NCBI GenBank assembly: GCA_938074535.1
Contig: CALJER010000016.1
Coordinates: 1 to 64,000 of the forward strand
Direction of reading: 5' to 3'
Origin: an uncultured archaeon
GTDB lineage: Archaea; Hadarchaeota; Hadarchaeia; Hadarchaeales; WYZ-LMO6
Length of the DNA: 64,000 nt
The translations under genes were made by a program, and so were the position numbers. Shown one piece after another: positions 36,672 to 48,411 of this stretch (positions are counted from its first letter, which is position 1; each line of letters starts with the position of its first letter). The notes below the pieces were generated by a model, which had not been told where the DNA came from, ran no database searches, and worked only from the letters and a program-made list of their open reading frames with translations.

Positions 36672-37591
36672 TCCTTCCCTCCACCCATCAGCTCCTTTAT
36701 TTTCTGGGAGAGGATGAGGGCTATGTTCCGCTGTGCTTCGACGGTGGAGGCACCCAGGTGCGGGGTGGGAATTACGTGCTCCATGGACAGGAGTTCCAAG
36801 TTCTTAGTGGGTTCCTCCTCGAAGACGTCGAGGCAGGCCCCCGCTATCCACCCTTCCCTGAGGGCCCTAACGAGGGCCTTCTCGTCCACGATCTTCCCCC
36901 TGGAGGTGTTCACCAGCACGGCGGTGGGCTTCATGAGGGAGAGCTCCTTCTCCCCTATCATCCCTTCCGTTTGGGGGGTGAGGGGAACATGGAGGGTCAC
37001 GAAATCAGCTTCCCTGAGGAGGGCTGGGAGGTCCACGTACCTTACTCCCTCCCTCTCCATCTCTTCCCTCTTCACGATGTCGTATCCCAGCACCCTCATC
37101 CCGAAGGCCAGAGCCTTGCGGGCCACCTCCCCGCCTATCCTTCCCACCCCTATCACCCCTAGAGTTTTTCCCTTGAGCTCCGTCCCTATGAACTTCTCCT
37201 TCTTCCATTTTCCCTCCTTGAGCTCCCTGCAGGCCTGGGGGATCTTCCTTGCCCAGCAGAGCATCAGCCCCATCACCAGCTCAGCCACTGCGGTCTTGGA
37301 GGCCTCAGGGGCATAAACCACCTTTATGCCCCTCTCCTCCGCGGCCTTCACATCGATGTTGTCTATCCCCACACCTGCCCTGGCCACCAGCTTGAGCTTT
37401 TTTCCTGCCTCCATCACCTTCTTGGTGACTTTGGTGGAGCCCCTCACTATCAAAACCTCGCACCCCTCTACCTCCTTGCAGAGCTCTTCCTCGGAGAGCC
37501 TGGGCTTGATCACCACCTCTCCCAGCTTCTCCATTTCTCTGGCAAACTCGGGCGAGACGTGGTCGGCCACCAAGATTTTCAGGCTTCCCAC
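36668..37591 (-). CDS. D-2-hydroxyacid dehydrogenase (D-3-phosphoglycerate dehydrogenase-like, no ACT domain)
   Basis: [42 protein letters not shown]. Confidence 0.88.
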   Translation of the reverse strand: MGSLKILVADHVSPEFAREMEKLGEVVIKPRLSEEELCKEVEGCEVLIVRGSTKVTKKVMEAGKKLKLVARAGVGIDNIDVKAAEERGIKVVYAPEASKTAVAELVMGLMLCWARKIPQACRELKEGKWKKEKFIGTELKGKTLGVIGVGRIGGEVARKALAFGMRVLGYDIVKREEMEREGVRYVDLPALLREADFVTLHVPLTPQTEGMIGEKELSLMKPTAVLVNTSRGKIVDEKALVRALREGWIAGACLDVFEEEPTKNLELLSMEHVIPTPHLGASTVEAQRNIALILSQKIKELMGGGKE

Positions 37592-37597
37592 CCCTTC

Positions 37598-38779
37598 CTA
37601 CAGCCCCCTCTCCCCGAAGATTTGATAGGGAAGGGTGAAAAGCCTGACCATCCCTTCGGCCTCCCTCTGGTCCAGGCCCTTCTGTTTCACCGACCTCAGC
37701 TGGGGCAGGAAGAGGGAAGAGGGGGACTCCCTCCTCACCACCCTCATCCCCCCTTTGTAGAGCTCCACCTCCACCCTGCCGTTCACGGTCCTCTGGGTGG
37801 AGTCGATGAAGGCGTCCAGATCCTTCTTCAGGGGATGGAGCCAGGAGGCGTGGTAGACCAGGTCGGCCCAGAGCCTGTCCACCTCCCTCTTCACGCGCAG
37901 CTGCTCCTTGGTGAGGGTGAGGTGCTCCAGGTCAGCGTGGGTGTGGAGGAGGATGGTTGCAGCCGGAGCCTCGTACAGCTCCCTCGACTTCAGGCCGAGC
38001 ATGCCGTCCTCCAGGATGTCGATGATTCCTATCCCGTTCTTCCCCCCCACTTCGTTGAGGTAAAAAATCATCTCCACAGGGTCCCTTATCCCATCCACCT
38101 CCACGGGTATTCCCTTCTCGTAGGTGATGCTGACCACCGTGGGCCTGTCTGGAGCCTTTTCGGGCGGAACAACCCAAAGGTAGTCCTCGGGGTACTGGGA
38201 GAAGAGGTCCTCCACCTGCCCGCTACCCATGGAGTGGGACCACATGTTGACGTCACCCCCCAGCTTGCCCTTGGGCCTCTTGGGCTCCACACCCCTTTCC
38301 CTGAGCATCTCCTCCTCTTCCGCCCTGGAAAGGTTGAGTTCCCTCACGGGTGCGATGATCCTGAGGTTGGGCAGGTAGTACCTGAAGACGGACTCCACCC
38401 TGAACTGGTCGTTGCCCTTCCCGGTGCATCCGTGGGCCACCGCTTCCGCCCCTTCCTTCTTGGCCACCTCCGCCACCTTCGTGGCTATCAGCACCCTGCT
38501 CATGGAGGTACCCACGGGATAGCCCTCGTAGCTTCCGTTGGCCTTGATGCACCGGTGGATGTATTCCGTGACGAACTCCTTCTTGGCATCTATGAACCGG
38601 ACCTGGGCTCCCAGCTTCTCCGCCCTCTCGAAGCCTATCCTGATCTCCTCCTCCCCCTGACCCACATCCACCAAAACGGGTATCACCTCGTCGTAGCCGT
38701 ACCTCTCCCTCAGAAGGGCGATCAGCAGGGTGGAGTCGAGCCCACCCGAGTATGCCAGCGCCACCTTTTTACCCGGCAT
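37598..38779 (-). CDS. argG: Argininosuccinate synthase family protein (divergent copy 1)
   Basis: AYSGGLDS, AHGCTGKGNDQFR, GLKSRELYEAP; follows argH. Confidence 0.85.
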   Translation of the reverse strand: MPGKKVALAYSGGLDSTLLIALLRERYGYDEVIPVLVDVGQGEEEIRIGFERAEKLGAQVRFIDAKKEFVTEYIHRCIKANGSYEGYPVGTSMSRVLIATKVAEVAKKEGAEAVAHGCTGKGNDQFRVESVFRYYLPNLRIIAPVRELNLSRAEEEEMLRERGVEPKRPKGKLGGDVNMWSHSMGSGQVEDLFSQYPEDYLWVVPPEKAPDRPTVVSITYEKGIPVEVDGIRDPVEMIFYLNEVGGKNGIGIIDILEDGMLGLKSRELYEAPAATILLHTHADLEHLTLTKEQLRVKREVDRLWADLVYHASWLHPLKKDLDAFIDSTQRTVNGRVEVELYKGGMRVVRRESPSSLFLPQLRSVKQKGLDQREAEGMVRLFTLPYQIFGERGL

Positions 38780-38792
38780 TCCCTTCTTTTTC

Positions 38793-40292
38793 CTAACTCG
38801 ATATATAAGTCTTTACCTTTTTTTCCAGGTTTTTCTCGGCTTCCTCCACCCTCTTCCTCCTCCGATCCATCATGGCTTTCCTCCTCTTCAGCTCCCTTTT
38901 CCTAGCTCTCAGCATCCTCCTCACCTCCCTGGGCGAGGGACTCCCCAGGGTCCTCCTCCTCTTCAGGGAGAAGGAGGGATCCAGATACCTGAGCACCCTC
39001 CGGTCCATCTTCACCTTCCTTCCCAGAACCTTCTCCGCTGCCCTCTCCAGGAGTTCCTCAGACAGCTCCTTTACCGTAAGCCCGGAGGAGAGGGCCTCCC
39101 GGACCGCCTCCCCCACCACTGCGTGTGCCTGCCTGAAGGAGAGCCCGGCCTCCCTCACCAGGCCCTCCGCCAGATCCCAGGCGAGCGCCCAGCTGAGGGA
39201 GGAAGAGGAAACCATCTTCTCCTCCTTCACCTTCATGGTTTCCAGGGCCCCCTTCATGATCTCCAAGCAGCTCCTGGTCTCGTCCAGGCACCTCCAGAGG
39301 GGCGGCTTCACCTGCTGCAGGTCCCTGTTGTATCCGCTCGGAAGGCCCTTCAGGAGGGTGAGGAGGGAATGAAGGGATCCGTGGACCTCCCCCGCCTTTC
39401 CCCTTATCAGTTCCAGCGTACACGGGTTCTTCTTCTGGGGCATGGCGCTGGAGGTGGAGGAGTACTCGTCGGAGAGCTCCACATACCCGAACTCCTGGGT
39501 GGACCACAGGATGAGGTCCTCCGCCATTCTGCTCAAGTGAGTCATGAGGAGGCTCATACAGGCCGCCGCTTCCAGCACGGCGTCCCTTGAGCTCACCGCG
39601 TCGAGGGAGTTCTCCACCAGCCCCTCGAAGCCCAGGAGGGAAGCGATTCTTCTCCTGTTCAGGGGGAAGGTGGATCCCCCCACCGCCCCACCTCCCAGCG
39701 GGCAGAGGTTCACCCTGCGGTAGCAGTCCTCCATCCTGTCGAAGTCCCTCAGGAGGAGGTCGACCTGAGCCAGCAGGTAGTGCCCCAGCGTTCCAAGCTG
39801 GGCATGCTGGGTGTGGGTGAGGAGGATGAGGGGGGTCTTCTGGTGTTTTTCCGCCTTCCTGAGGAGGACCTCCGCCAGCTCGAGGATGGAGGCGGAAACA
39901 AGGTTCAGCTCCTTCCTGAGCCTCAGCCTGAGGTCCAGGGCCACCTGGTCGTTCCTCGATCTCCCCGTGTGGAGCTTTCCGCCCGTCTCCATTCCCACCT
40001 CCGCTATTACCCTGGCTTCCAGAAGCTCGTGCACATCCTCAAACTTCCCCTCCGCCTTCAGCCTTCCTTTCCTGTAGTCCTCCCTCGCTCTCTCCAGCGA
40101 GGAGAGGATGGCTTTGAGCTCCTGTAGGGAGAGGATTCCCTGCTCGTGGAGCATGATCTCATGGGCCTCCGTTCCGTCTATATCGTCTTCTATCATCCTC
40201 TCGTCCTCCCTGAGGGAGGAAACGAACTTCCAGACCTCCTCCCTCAACTCCTTCGAGAGCCTGGCCCTGTAGATCCCTTTCTCATCCCCCAT
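38793..40292 (-). CDS. argH: Argininosuccinate lyase
   Basis: [36 protein letters not shown]. Confidence 0.95.
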   Translation of the reverse strand: MGDEKGIYRARLSKELREEVWKFVSSLREDERMIEDDIDGTEAHEIMLHEQGILSLQELKAILSSLERAREDYRKGRLKAEGKFEDVHELLEARVIAEVGMETGGKLHTGRSRNDQVALDLRLRLRKELNLVSASILELAEVLLRKAEKHQKTPLILLTHTQHAQLGTLGHYLLAQVDLLLRDFDRMEDCYRRVNLCPLGGGAVGGSTFPLNRRRIASLLGFEGLVENSLDAVSSRDAVLEAAACMSLLMTHLSRMAEDLILWSTQEFGYVELSDEYSSTSSAMPQKKNPCTLELIRGKAGEVHGSLHSLLTLLKGLPSGYNRDLQQVKPPLWRCLDETRSCLEIMKGALETMKVKEEKMVSSSSLSWALAWDLAEGLVREAGLSFRQAHAVVGEAVREALSSGLTVKELSEELLERAAEKVLGRKVKMDRRVLRYLDPSFSLKRRRTLGSPSPREVRRMLRARKRELKRRKAMMDRRRKRVEEAEKNLEKKVKTYISS

Positions 40293-41415
40293 GGATTTCC
40301 CTCAGCTTTCTGACCACCGCCTCTCCCACCTCGTGGGTCTTGGAGGTCCCTCCCAGATCGTAAGTCAGGTGCTTCCCCTCCCTGAGCACCTCCCTCACGG
40401 CGCTCTCCACGAGCTGCGAGGCCTCTCTCTCCCCGAGCTCCTCCAGCATCATCTTTCCTGCCAGGATGGTGGCCAGGGGGTTGGCCACTCCCTTGCCCGC
40501 ATACTTAGGTGCAGAGCCGTGGATGGGCTCGAACATGCTTACTCCTTCCGGGTTCAGGTTCCCGCCCGGCGCCAGACCCATCCCCCCCTGGAGCATCGCT
40601 CCAAGATCGGTTATGATGTCCCCGAACATGTTGGGGGTAACCACCACCTCATACCACTCCGGGTTTTTCACCATCCACATGGTCATGGCGTCCACGAAGG
40701 CCAGCTCCGTCTCTATCTCCGGGTATCCTTTCGCCACCTCCTGAAAGACCTCCCTCCACAGTCCATAAACGTGGGTGAGGACGTTGGCCTTGTCCACGGC
40801 TGTAACCTTCCTCCTTCCCTCCCTTTTGGCCAGCTCGAAGGCGTACCTTATAACCCTCTCCGCGCCCTTTCTGCTCATCACCCCCAGCTGGTAAGCTATC
40901 TCCTCCCTGTCGCTCTCCACATCCATCCCCAGCTTAAGCTGGTACAGCTCTCTCACCATGCGGTGCTCTTCCCTCCACCTGCCCCTTCCCCTTCCTCCCA
41001 GTCCCACGTAGAAGTCCTCCGTGTTCTCCCTCACCACGTAGAAGTCTATGTCCTCCGGTTTTTTGTCCTTCAGGGGACAGGGTGCTCCGGGGTAGAGCTT
41101 GATGGGGCGCAGGTTTACGTACTGGTCGAAGTAGAACCTGAGGGTGAGCAGAAGGCCCCTCTCCAGCACCCCGGTGGGTATCCTGGGGTCACCCACCGCT
41201 CCAAGGTAGATGGCGTCGAACCTGGAGAGCTCCTTAAGGTCCTCCTCCTCCAGGAGCTTTCCCGTTTTGAGATAGTACTCCCCCCCGTAGGGGAACTCCT
41301 CCAGGGAGAGCTCCACTCCGGCGAGCTCACAGGCAGCCTGGAGGACCTTCACCCCTTCCCTCATCACCTCGGGCCCTATGCCATCCCCAGGTATGACCGC
41401 GATCTTGTAGCCCAT
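40282..41415 (-). CDS. leuB: 3-isopropylmalate dehydrogenase family
   Basis: [39 protein letters not shown]; clustered with leuCD. Confidence 0.85.
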   Translation of the reverse strand: MGYKIAVIPGDGIGPEVMREGVKVLQAACELAGVELSLEEFPYGGEYYLKTGKLLEEEDLKELSRFDAIYLGAVGDPRIPTGVLERGLLLTLRFYFDQYVNLRPIKLYPGAPCPLKDKKPEDIDFYVVRENTEDFYVGLGGRGRGRWREEHRMVRELYQLKLGMDVESDREEIAYQLGVMSRKGAERVIRYAFELAKREGRRKVTAVDKANVLTHVYGLWREVFQEVAKGYPEIETELAFVDAMTMWMVKNPEWYEVVVTPNMFGDIITDLGAMLQGGMGLAPGGNLNPEGVSMFEPIHGSAPKYAGKGVANPLATILAGKMMLEELGEREASQLVESAVREVLREGKHLTYDLGGTSKTHEVGEAVVRKLREIHGG

Positions 41416-41449
41416 GGGTCCCAATTACCTTGAGGGCTCTCGTTATAAC

Positions 41450-41938
41450 TTATTCCTTCCTCCTGGACTTCAGGTACGGGATGAGGCCCCCAGCCCTGAG
41501 GATGGAGACCAGGAAGTCGGGAAGGGGTTCAGCCTTCCTCTCTATGCCCCTCGTCAAGTTCCTGACCACCCCTCTGACCAGGTCGTACTCGACCTCTTCC
41601 CCGGTGGAGAAAGAGGCCTTCACCCCCTTGCAGATCATCACGGGGAGCCCCTGATTCACAGCGTTCCTAAAAAAAATCCTGGCGAAGGACTCGGCTATGA
41701 CCGCCCCCACCCCAGCCCCTTTCAGGGCAAGGGGCGCCTGCTCCCTGCTGGAACCGCATCCGAAGTTTTTCCCGGCTATGATCACGTCTCCCTTCTTCAC
41801 CCGCGAGGAGAACCCGGGGAGGAGGTTCTCCAGGGCGTGTTTTCCCAGCTCCTCAGGGCTCCTCTTCACCAGGTATCTTCCAGGTATGATGTCGTCCGTG
41901 GACACATCGTCTCCCAGCACCCAGGCCCTGGGCATCAT
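41450..41938 (-). CDS. leuD: 3-isopropylmalate dehydratase small subunit
   Basis: GDDVSTDDIIPGRYL, NFGCGSSREQA, SFARIFFRNAVNQG. Confidence 0.9.
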   Translation of the reverse strand: MMPRAWVLGDDVSTDDIIPGRYLVKRSPEELGKHALENLLPGFSSRVKKGDVIIAGKNFGCGSSREQAPLALKGAGVGAVIAESFARIFFRNAVNQGLPVMICKGVKASFSTGEEVEYDLVRGVVRNLTRGIERKAEPLPDFLVSILRAGGLIPYLKSRRKE

Positions 41939-43182
41939 ACCTCCCTCGGATCGGTCAGCTTTCCCCTGAGGGCGGAGGCCGCCACCGTGGCGGGGGAGGC
42001 CAGGTAAATCTCGGCCTCTGGGCTTCCCATCCTTCCCCTGAAGTTCCGGTTGGAGGAGGACACACACACCTCTCCGGGGGCCAGCACGCCTATGTAGCTC
42101 CCCATGCAGGCCCCGCAGCCCGGCGGCCCCAGAATGGCCCCAGCCCTCACCAGCCTCTCTATCACACCGAGCCTAAGGGCCTCCAGATAGGTCTCCCTGG
42201 AGGAGGGAACTACCAGCATCCGCACGCGCGGATGGATTTTTCTCCCTTTCAGGATTTTCGCCGCTTCTATCAGATCCTCGGTTCTGCCGTTGGTGCAGCT
42301 CCCCAGGAAAGCCTGGTCTATCTCCCTTCCCTCCACCTCCCTTACGGGTTTCACGTTATCCACCCTGTGTGGGCAGGCCACCTGGGGCTCTATCCGGGAG
42401 AGGGAGCAAGTCCTCTCATCGGCGTACTCCGCCTTGGGGTCGCTCCTCACCTCCTTGAAGGGGAACCTCGCTCTCTTCTCCACGTACCTGCGGGTCAAAG
42501 CGTCGGGGGCCACGAGGGCAGTCTTGGCCCCCATCTCCACTCCCATGTTGCACAGGGTCATCCTTCCCCCGATGCTCATCCTCCTCACTCCCTCACCCTG
42601 GAACTCCAAGGCCTGATAGGTGGCCCCGTCCGCCCCTATCTCGCCCACCAGCTGGAGGATGACATCTTTGGGGTAGACCCTTCTCCCCAGCTTTCCCTCC
42701 AGTACGATTTTCACACTCTCCGGGACTCTGAGCCACAGCCTGCCCGAAGCCATGGCCGCCGCCAGATCCGTTGATCCCACCCCCGTGGCGAAGCTCCCGA
42801 AAGCACCGTACGTGCAGGTGTGCGAGTCAGCCCCCAGGATGAGGAGACCAGGGAGGGCGAAACCCTTCTCGGGGAGCACCTGGTGGCAAATCCCCTCGGC
42901 GAAGAGGTTCTCAATTCCCTGCTCCCTCGCGAACTTCCGCATCATGTCGTGGTCTCTGGCTATCTCTGTGGAGTTGGCAGGCATCTGGTGGTCGAAGATT
43001 ATCACCACCCTGGAGGGGTCCCACACCCTTTCGGCTATCTCCCTTAGGCTCTCTATGGCCAGGGGGCCGGTGATGTCGTTCATCATCACCACGTCCACCC
43101 TAGCTTCCACGATTTCTCCGGGTTCCACCCGTTCCTTCCCGGCCTTCCTGGCCAGGAGCTTTTCGGCCATGCATCCTGCCAG
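41935..43182 (-). CDS. leuC: 3-isopropylmalate dehydratase large subunit; probable CTG start at 43182, first ATG at 43170
   Basis: DH, GICHQ, GADSHTCTYG, GSCTNGR, CGACMG, NRNFRGRMG. Confidence 0.92.
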   Translation of the reverse strand: MAGCMAEKLLARKAGKERVEPGEIVEARVDVVMMNDITGPLAIESLREIAERVWDPSRVVIIFDHQMPANSTEIARDHDMMRKFAREQGIENLFAEGICHQVLPEKGFALPGLLILGADSHTCTYGAFGSFATGVGSTDLAAAMASGRLWLRVPESVKIVLEGKLGRRVYPKDVILQLVGEIGADGATYQALEFQGEGVRRMSIGGRMTLCNMGVEMGAKTALVAPDALTRRYVEKRARFPFKEVRSDPKAEYADERTCSLSRIEPQVACPHRVDNVKPVREVEGREIDQAFLGSCTNGRTEDLIEAAKILKGRKIHPRVRMLVVPSSRETYLEALRLGVIERLVRAGAILGPPGCGACMGSYIGVLAPGEVCVSSSNRNFRGRMGSPEAEIYLASPATVAASALRGKLTDPREV

Positions 43183-43186
43183 GGTT

Positions 43187-44836
43187 TCACCTCCTCACGG
43201 CGCCCTCGGCGGCCGAGCTGGCATGTTCGGCGTAGAACTTCAAGTATCCCTTCAGGGACTTTTCCCTCGGCTTGAAGGTTTTTTTCCTCTCCTCGAGCAG
43301 GCTTTCCTCCACCAGCAGGTCCAGCCTGCCCTCCCTCGCATCGATGAGGATTTCGTCCCCCTCCTTCACCAGGGCTATGGGCCCGCCCTCCGCCGCTTCG
43401 GGGGAAACATGGCCCACGCACATCCCCCTCGTTCCCCCTGAAAACCTTCCGTCCGTCACCAGGGCCACCTCCTCCAGCATGCCCATCCCAGCCAGCAGGG
43501 AGGTGGCGGAGAGCATCTCCCTCATGCCCGGGCCTCCTTTAGGACCTTCATACCTTATCACCACCACTTCCCCTTTCCTGATCCTCCTCTCGGAGATGGC
43601 CCTCACCGCGGCCTCCTCCCCGTCAAAAACTCTGGCTTTCCCGGAGAACCTGAGGTTCCTCAGCCCGGCTATCTTCAACACGGCACCCTTGGGCGCTAGG
43701 GTCCCGTAGAGGATGGCTATTCCTCCCCTCTTCCGGTAGGGCCGTGAAAGGGGTCTTATAACCTCGCTTTCCACCACCTTCACCCCTTTCAGGTTGGACC
43801 CCACGGTTGCTCCCGTCACGGTGAGGGGGGTGCTCTTTATCAGCCTCCCCAGCTGCTTCATGAGGGCGGGAATTCCACCCGCCTCGTGCAGGTCCACCAC
43901 CATGTGCTCCCCCCCCGGACGCAGGTTGCAGAGCTGCGGGACCCTCTTGCTGAGCCTGTCGAAGACCTCGAGGGGGAGGCTGATCCCCACCTCCCTGGCT
44001 ATGGCCGGGAGGTGGAGCACGGTGTTGGTTGAGCCACCAAGCGCCATGTCCACCACTATGGCGTTCTCGAAGGCGCTCCTGGTCAGGATTTTGCTGGGCT
44101 TGATTCCCCTCCTGAGGAGCTCCATCACCTGCTCCCCCGTCTTCCTGGCAAGTTTGAGCTTCTGGGAGCTCACGGCCGGACAGGTGGCCACTCCAGGCAG
44201 GGACATCCCCAGCGCCTCTATCACGCACGCCATGCTGTTGGCGGTGAACATGCCTGCGCACGAGCCAGGTGTGGGGCAGCAGCGGTCCTCTATCTCCAGT
44301 GCTTCTTGCTCCCTCAACCTCCCGCTCTTCACCTCACCCACGGCCTCGAAAGCGGTAATCACGTCCACCCTTTTCCCCCTCCACTCTCCTGGAAGCATGG
44401 GACCTCCCGTGAGCATGATGGAGGGAAGGTCGACCCTGGCCAGAGCCATGAGCATACCCGGCTCCACCTTGTCGCAGCTTGAGATGGCTACCACCCCGTC
44501 GAAGCGGTGGGCCTCGAGCATGACCTCGAGGCTGTCCGCTATAACTTCCCTTGAGGGCAGGGAGTAGCGCATTCCCTCGGTCCCCATGCAGATGCCGTCG
44601 CAGATGGCTATGGTGTTGAATTCCATGGGGGTGCCACCCGCGCACCTCACCCCCTCCGCCACGGCTTCGGCCAGGGCCCTGAGGTGGACGTGCCCTGGTA
44701 CCACCCTGTTCCAGGAATTGGCTATGGCCACGAGCGGGCGGGCGAGGTCGGTGTCGTTGTAACCGCAGGCCTTCAGGAGGGCCCTCTTGGGCAGCCCCTC
44801 TATTCCCCCCACCACCTCTCTGCTGCGGAGTTTCAT
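43187..44836 (-). CDS. ilvD: Dihydroxy-acid dehydratase
   Basis: [45 protein letters not shown]. Confidence 0.96.
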   Translation of the reverse strand: MKLRSREVVGGIEGLPKRALLKACGYNDTDLARPLVAIANSWNRVVPGHVHLRALAEAVAEGVRCAGGTPMEFNTIAICDGICMGTEGMRYSLPSREVIADSLEVMLEAHRFDGVVAISSCDKVEPGMLMALARVDLPSIMLTGGPMLPGEWRGKRVDVITAFEAVGEVKSGRLREQEALEIEDRCCPTPGSCAGMFTANSMACVIEALGMSLPGVATCPAVSSQKLKLARKTGEQVMELLRRGIKPSKILTRSAFENAIVVDMALGGSTNTVLHLPAIAREVGISLPLEVFDRLSKRVPQLCNLRPGGEHMVVDLHEAGGIPALMKQLGRLIKSTPLTVTGATVGSNLKGVKVVESEVIRPLSRPYRKRGGIAILYGTLAPKGAVLKIAGLRNLRFSGKARVFDGEEAAVRAISERRIRKGEVVVIRYEGPKGGPGMREMLSATSLLAGMGMLEEVALVTDGRFSGGTRGMCVGHVSPEAAEGGPIALVKEGDEILIDAREGRLDLLVEESLLEERKKTFKPREKSLKGYLKFYAEHASSAAEGAVRR

Positions 44837-44917
44837 CGAGGTCTAAAAAGATTCTTCTCCTGACTTAAAACTTTCACTAGATTGTGTGAGAGAAGCTGAG
44901 GCGAGCGATTGCCGATT

Positions 44918-45158
44918 TCACACTTTTACCACTCCAGCGACTCCCAGCACTGCTATGAGCAGACCAGCCATGCAAGCCCAGATATTTCAGCTCTTCTTTG
45001 AGGTACTTGAAATGGGAGAAGAACCCAAAGAAAGAACAAAAGAACAGTTGCCAGGGGTCGTGCGGGCTAAAGGCCCGAAAACCTAAGAATCCTAAAAAAC
45101 CTAGGAACCCCTGTATCCAAAGTCTTTTTTTCTTTCCGTGATTTCGCTTCATTCCCAT
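44918..45158 (-). pseudogene. Small AT-rich membrane-protein gene (GFLGFLGFLGF repeat) with an apparent frameshift near 44972
   Basis: Frame 1 MGMKRNHGKKKRLWIQGFLGFLGFLGF...FFGFFSHFKYLKEELKYLGL; a shifted frame continues with TM helix MAGLLIAVLGVAGVVKV-stop (44971-44918). Confidence 0.55.
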
Positions 45159-45160
45159 AA

Positions 45161-46147
45161 CTATTTCTCTATTCCGGCCCACTTCCTGAGTTCCTTTCCC
45201 ACTTTCTCTATCAGATGTTCCTTGCCCTTTTCCCTCATCTCCGTGAGACGCGGAAGCCCCCTTCTGCTTTCCTCTATCCATTCCTTGGCGAACGACCCAT
45301 TCTGGATGTCCCGGAGGAGCTCCTTCATCACTCTTCTGGCTTCCTCCCCGATCAGCTTTGGTCCCCTCGTCCTCCCTCCGTACTCCGCCGTGTTGCTTAC
45401 GGCTGCCATCATTCCTTCTATTCCCCTTTCGTAGATGAGATCCACAATGAGTTTCAGCTCGTGCAGGCACTCGAAGTAGGCGTTCTCAGGCTGGTATCCC
45501 GCCTCCACCAGGGTCTCGAAACCGGCCTTGATGAGCTCGGATACTCCGCCCACCAGCACCGCCTGCTCCCCGAAGAGGTCTGTTTCGGTCTCCTCCTTGA
45601 AGGTGGTCTGGAGCACCCCTATCCTGGTGAGACCTATCCCCTTGGCCATGGCCAGCGCCGTCTTCAGGGCTTTCCCCGTAGCATCCTGGAACACCGCCAC
45701 CAGACCGGGGGTACCCGACCCCTGCAGGTACATCTTCCTGAGCATGGCTCCGGGGGCTTTGGGTGCCACCATGATGACATCCACCGTGGGGGGAGGCACG
45801 ATCTGTCTGAAGTGAATGTTGAACCCATGGCTGAAGCCCAGAGTTTTGCCCTCCCTGAGGTGCGGAGAGATGGCTTCTTTGTAGAGGATCCCCTGTTGTT
45901 CGTCCGGAACGAGGAAGTGGAGGATATCGGCCCTTCTGGAGGCCTCCCCGATCTCGTAAACCTCGAAACCGTCCCTCTCCGCCCTCTGCCAGCTGGAGCC
46001 CCTCCTGGCCCCCACGATGACCCTGCATCCAGAATCCCTGAGGTTCTGGGCCTGGGCATGTCCTTGGTTCCCGTAGCCTATCACGGCTATGGTCCTGTTC
46101 TCTATCCAGCCCAGGTCCGCGTCCTGGTCCAGGTAAACCTTGGGCAT
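45161..46147 (-). CDS. ilvC: Ketol-acid reductoisomerase
   Basis: [41 protein letters not shown]. Confidence 0.96.
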   Translation of the reverse strand: MPKVYLDQDADLGWIENRTIAVIGYGNQGHAQAQNLRDSGCRVIVGARRGSSWQRAERDGFEVYEIGEASRRADILHFLVPDEQQGILYKEAISPHLREGKTLGFSHGFNIHFRQIVPPPTVDVIMVAPKAPGAMLRKMYLQGSGTPGLVAVFQDATGKALKTALAMAKGIGLTRIGVLQTTFKEETETDLFGEQAVLVGGVSELIKAGFETLVEAGYQPENAYFECLHELKLIVDLIYERGIEGMMAAVSNTAEYGGRTRGPKLIGEEARRVMKELLRDIQNGSFAKEWIEESRRGLPRLTEMREKGKEHLIEKVGKELRKWAGIEK

Positions 46148-46196
46148 GGTGCTCGTCGAGCTTCTAGGAGAGGAAGACTTATAAAGCTCGCTGGAA

Positions 46197-46688
46197 TCAG
46201 GAGGAACCCCTGTTGTTTCTCGAGAGGTAGACCTGTCCGGAGCGGGCTACCTCCTTCAGCATCCCCTGACCCAGCGAGGAGAGAAGGCGCTCCACCTCCT
46301 CATGGTTCCCGCCTATTTCCCCTATGAGGCTTCCCTCCCTTATCTCCAGCACCTTCCCTCCAGCGGACTGGACGAGCCTTATGGTCTCAGACATCTCCTC
46401 CTCCTCGAGCTTCCTAGTTTTGAAAAGGCAGATCTCCCTGGCTATGCTGTTCTCAGGCTCCAGCACCTGCACCTCCAGGATGGGCTCCAGCCTGAGGAGA
46501 ATTTTCCTCATGAAGGCGGTCATTTTGTCGTCCGCCTGGAAGAGGATGATGATGCGGGCCAGGCCTGAGGGCTCTATGCCCACGGTGATGGAATCCATGT
46601 TGATCTGCCTGCGGGTGAAGCACCTGGACACCCTCATCATCACACCCGCCACGTTTTCGCAGAGCACGGAGAAGATTCTGGTTCTCAT
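46197..46688 (-). CDS. ilvN: Acetolactate synthase small (regulatory) subunit
   Basis: ACT domain EN..GV..RVS..F.RR..N.DSI; EVARSG; follows ilvB. Confidence 0.88.
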   Translation of the reverse strand: MRTRIFSVLCENVAGVMMRVSRCFTRRQINMDSITVGIEPSGLARIIILFQADDKMTAFMRKILLRLEPILEVQVLEPENSIAREICLFKTRKLEEEEMSETIRLVQSAGGKVLEIREGSLIGEIGGNHEEVERLLSSLGQGMLKEVARSGQVYLSRNNRGSS

Positions 46689-46689
46689 C

Positions 46690-48375
46690 TCAGTCACCCA
46701 CGATCATCTGGTCCAGTTTTCCCCCCGCGGGAACCATCGGAAGCACGTGTTCCTCTGGGTCTATCACCACATCCAGAACGGCCGGCTTCCCACATTTCAG
46801 GGCCTCCCTCAGTTTGGGGGCCATCTCCCCTGGCCTGGTTACCCTATCCCCCCAGGCACCGTAAGCTTCAGCCAGCTTCACGAAGTCAGGGCTCTTTCCC
46901 AGGTAGGTCTGGGATCTCCTGCCCCCGTAGAAGAGGTCCTGCCACTGCTTCACCATTCCCAAGTAGGAATTGTCGAAGATGCAGCATACCACGTTGATTT
47001 CATTCTCCACCGCCGTCGCCAGCTCCTGCGAGTTCATGAGGAAGCTGCCGTCTCCCGCCACGTCCACCACCTTTGTGTGCGGAAGGGCAACTTTCGCCCC
47101 AAGCGAAGCGGGGAAGCCGAATCCCATGGTGCCCAGTCCCCCGGAGGAGATGAACTTCCTGGGTCCCCTGACGGTATAGTAGTGGGCGGCCCACATCTGG
47201 CACTGCCCCACCTCCGTCACCACCACGGAATCCTCATCCAGCACCTCCATGATCTCCTTTATCACCCTCTGCGGCTTCAGGGGGACATCGTCGTAGTCCA
47301 TTTTGGGAGCGAACTCCCGGCGCATCTGCAGGATCCTCTCCCTCCACTCCGACCTCACCCCCCTCTTGGCCCTGGCCCTGAGGGCCTTCAGAATCTCCCT
47401 GAGGGTGCGCTTGGCGTCCCCCACTATCGGGACATCCGCCCTCACCAGCTTTCCTATTTCCACTGAATCCACATCGATGTGGATGATCTTGGCCTTGGGG
47501 GCGAAGTGCCTGGCGTCGCCCGTGGACCTGTCGCTGAACCTCACACCTACCCCTATCAGCAGGTCGCATTCGGTCACGGCGAGGTTGGCGGCCCTCCTCC
47601 CGTGCATGCCAAGCATCCCCAGGGAAAGGGGATGGTCCTCCGGTATGCTCCCCTTGCCCATGAGGGAGGTCACCACAGGAGCACCCAGGAGCTCGGCCAG
47701 CTCCACCAGCTCGGGGGAGGCCCCGGACCAGATTACCCCTCCTCCCGCGAACAGGACCGGGCGCTCCGCTTCCTCTATGAGCTTCACGGCTTCCTCCACC
47801 CGGTGCGGATCTGGTTCGTACCTTTCCTTCCTCCTTCTCAGGACTTCCGCCGGGATTTTTACCTCGGCCTTGGAGGTCTGAACATCCCTGGGGAGGTCGA
47901 TGTGCACGGGCCCCGGTCTGCCCGCCATGGCGATCTGGAAGGCCTTTCTCACGGCCTCCACCAGCTCCTGCACGCTCTTGACCAGGAAGTTGTGCTTGGT
48001 GATGGGGAGCATGAGGCTGAGGAGGTCGGCTTCCTGGAAGGCGTCGGTCCCCAGGAAGGAGGTGGGGACCTGACCCGTGATGGCCACCACGGGTGAGCTG
48101 TCCATATAGGCGTTGAGGATGCCGGTCACCAGATTACAGGCCCCCGGACCGGAGGTGGCCATGCACACTCCAGGCTTCCCCAGGGCCCTGGCATAACCGT
48201 CGGCGGCGTGGGCGGCTGCCTGTTCGTGCCTCACCAGAATGTGCCTGACGGAGGGCTCCTCGTAGAGCACATCGTAGACGGGGATGATGGCCCCCCCTGG
48301 GATTCCGAAGATGTGCCTCACCCCTTCGCTCTTGAGGGCGGAGACGAGGGCGGCCGCACCCGTGATTTCCTTCAT
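46690..48375 (-). CDS. ilvB: Acetolactate synthase large subunit
   Basis: FGIPGG, RHEQ, TSGPG, GMLGMHG, SGGLGTMGFG, GDGS...N ThDP motif. Confidence 0.96.
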   Translation of the reverse strand: MKEITGAAALVSALKSEGVRHIFGIPGGAIIPVYDVLYEEPSVRHILVRHEQAAAHAADGYARALGKPGVCMATSGPGACNLVTGILNAYMDSSPVVAITGQVPTSFLGTDAFQEADLLSLMLPITKHNFLVKSVQELVEAVRKAFQIAMAGRPGPVHIDLPRDVQTSKAEVKIPAEVLRRRKERYEPDPHRVEEAVKLIEEAERPVLFAGGGVIWSGASPELVELAELLGAPVVTSLMGKGSIPEDHPLSLGMLGMHGRRAANLAVTECDLLIGVGVRFSDRSTGDARHFAPKAKIIHIDVDSVEIGKLVRADVPIVGDAKRTLREILKALRARAKRGVRSEWRERILQMRREFAPKMDYDDVPLKPQRVIKEIMEVLDEDSVVVTEVGQCQMWAAHYYTVRGPRKFISSGGLGTMGFGFPASLGAKVALPHTKVVDVAGDGSFLMNSQELATAVENEINVVCCIFDNSYLGMVKQWQDLFYGGRRSQTYLGKSPDFVKLAEAYGAWGDRVTRPGEMAPKLREALKCGKPAVLDVVIDPEEHVLPMVPAGGKLDQMIVGD

Positions 48376-48411
48376 GCTTTATTCCCCCGGATGTACGGGT
48401 TATTAACCCTT

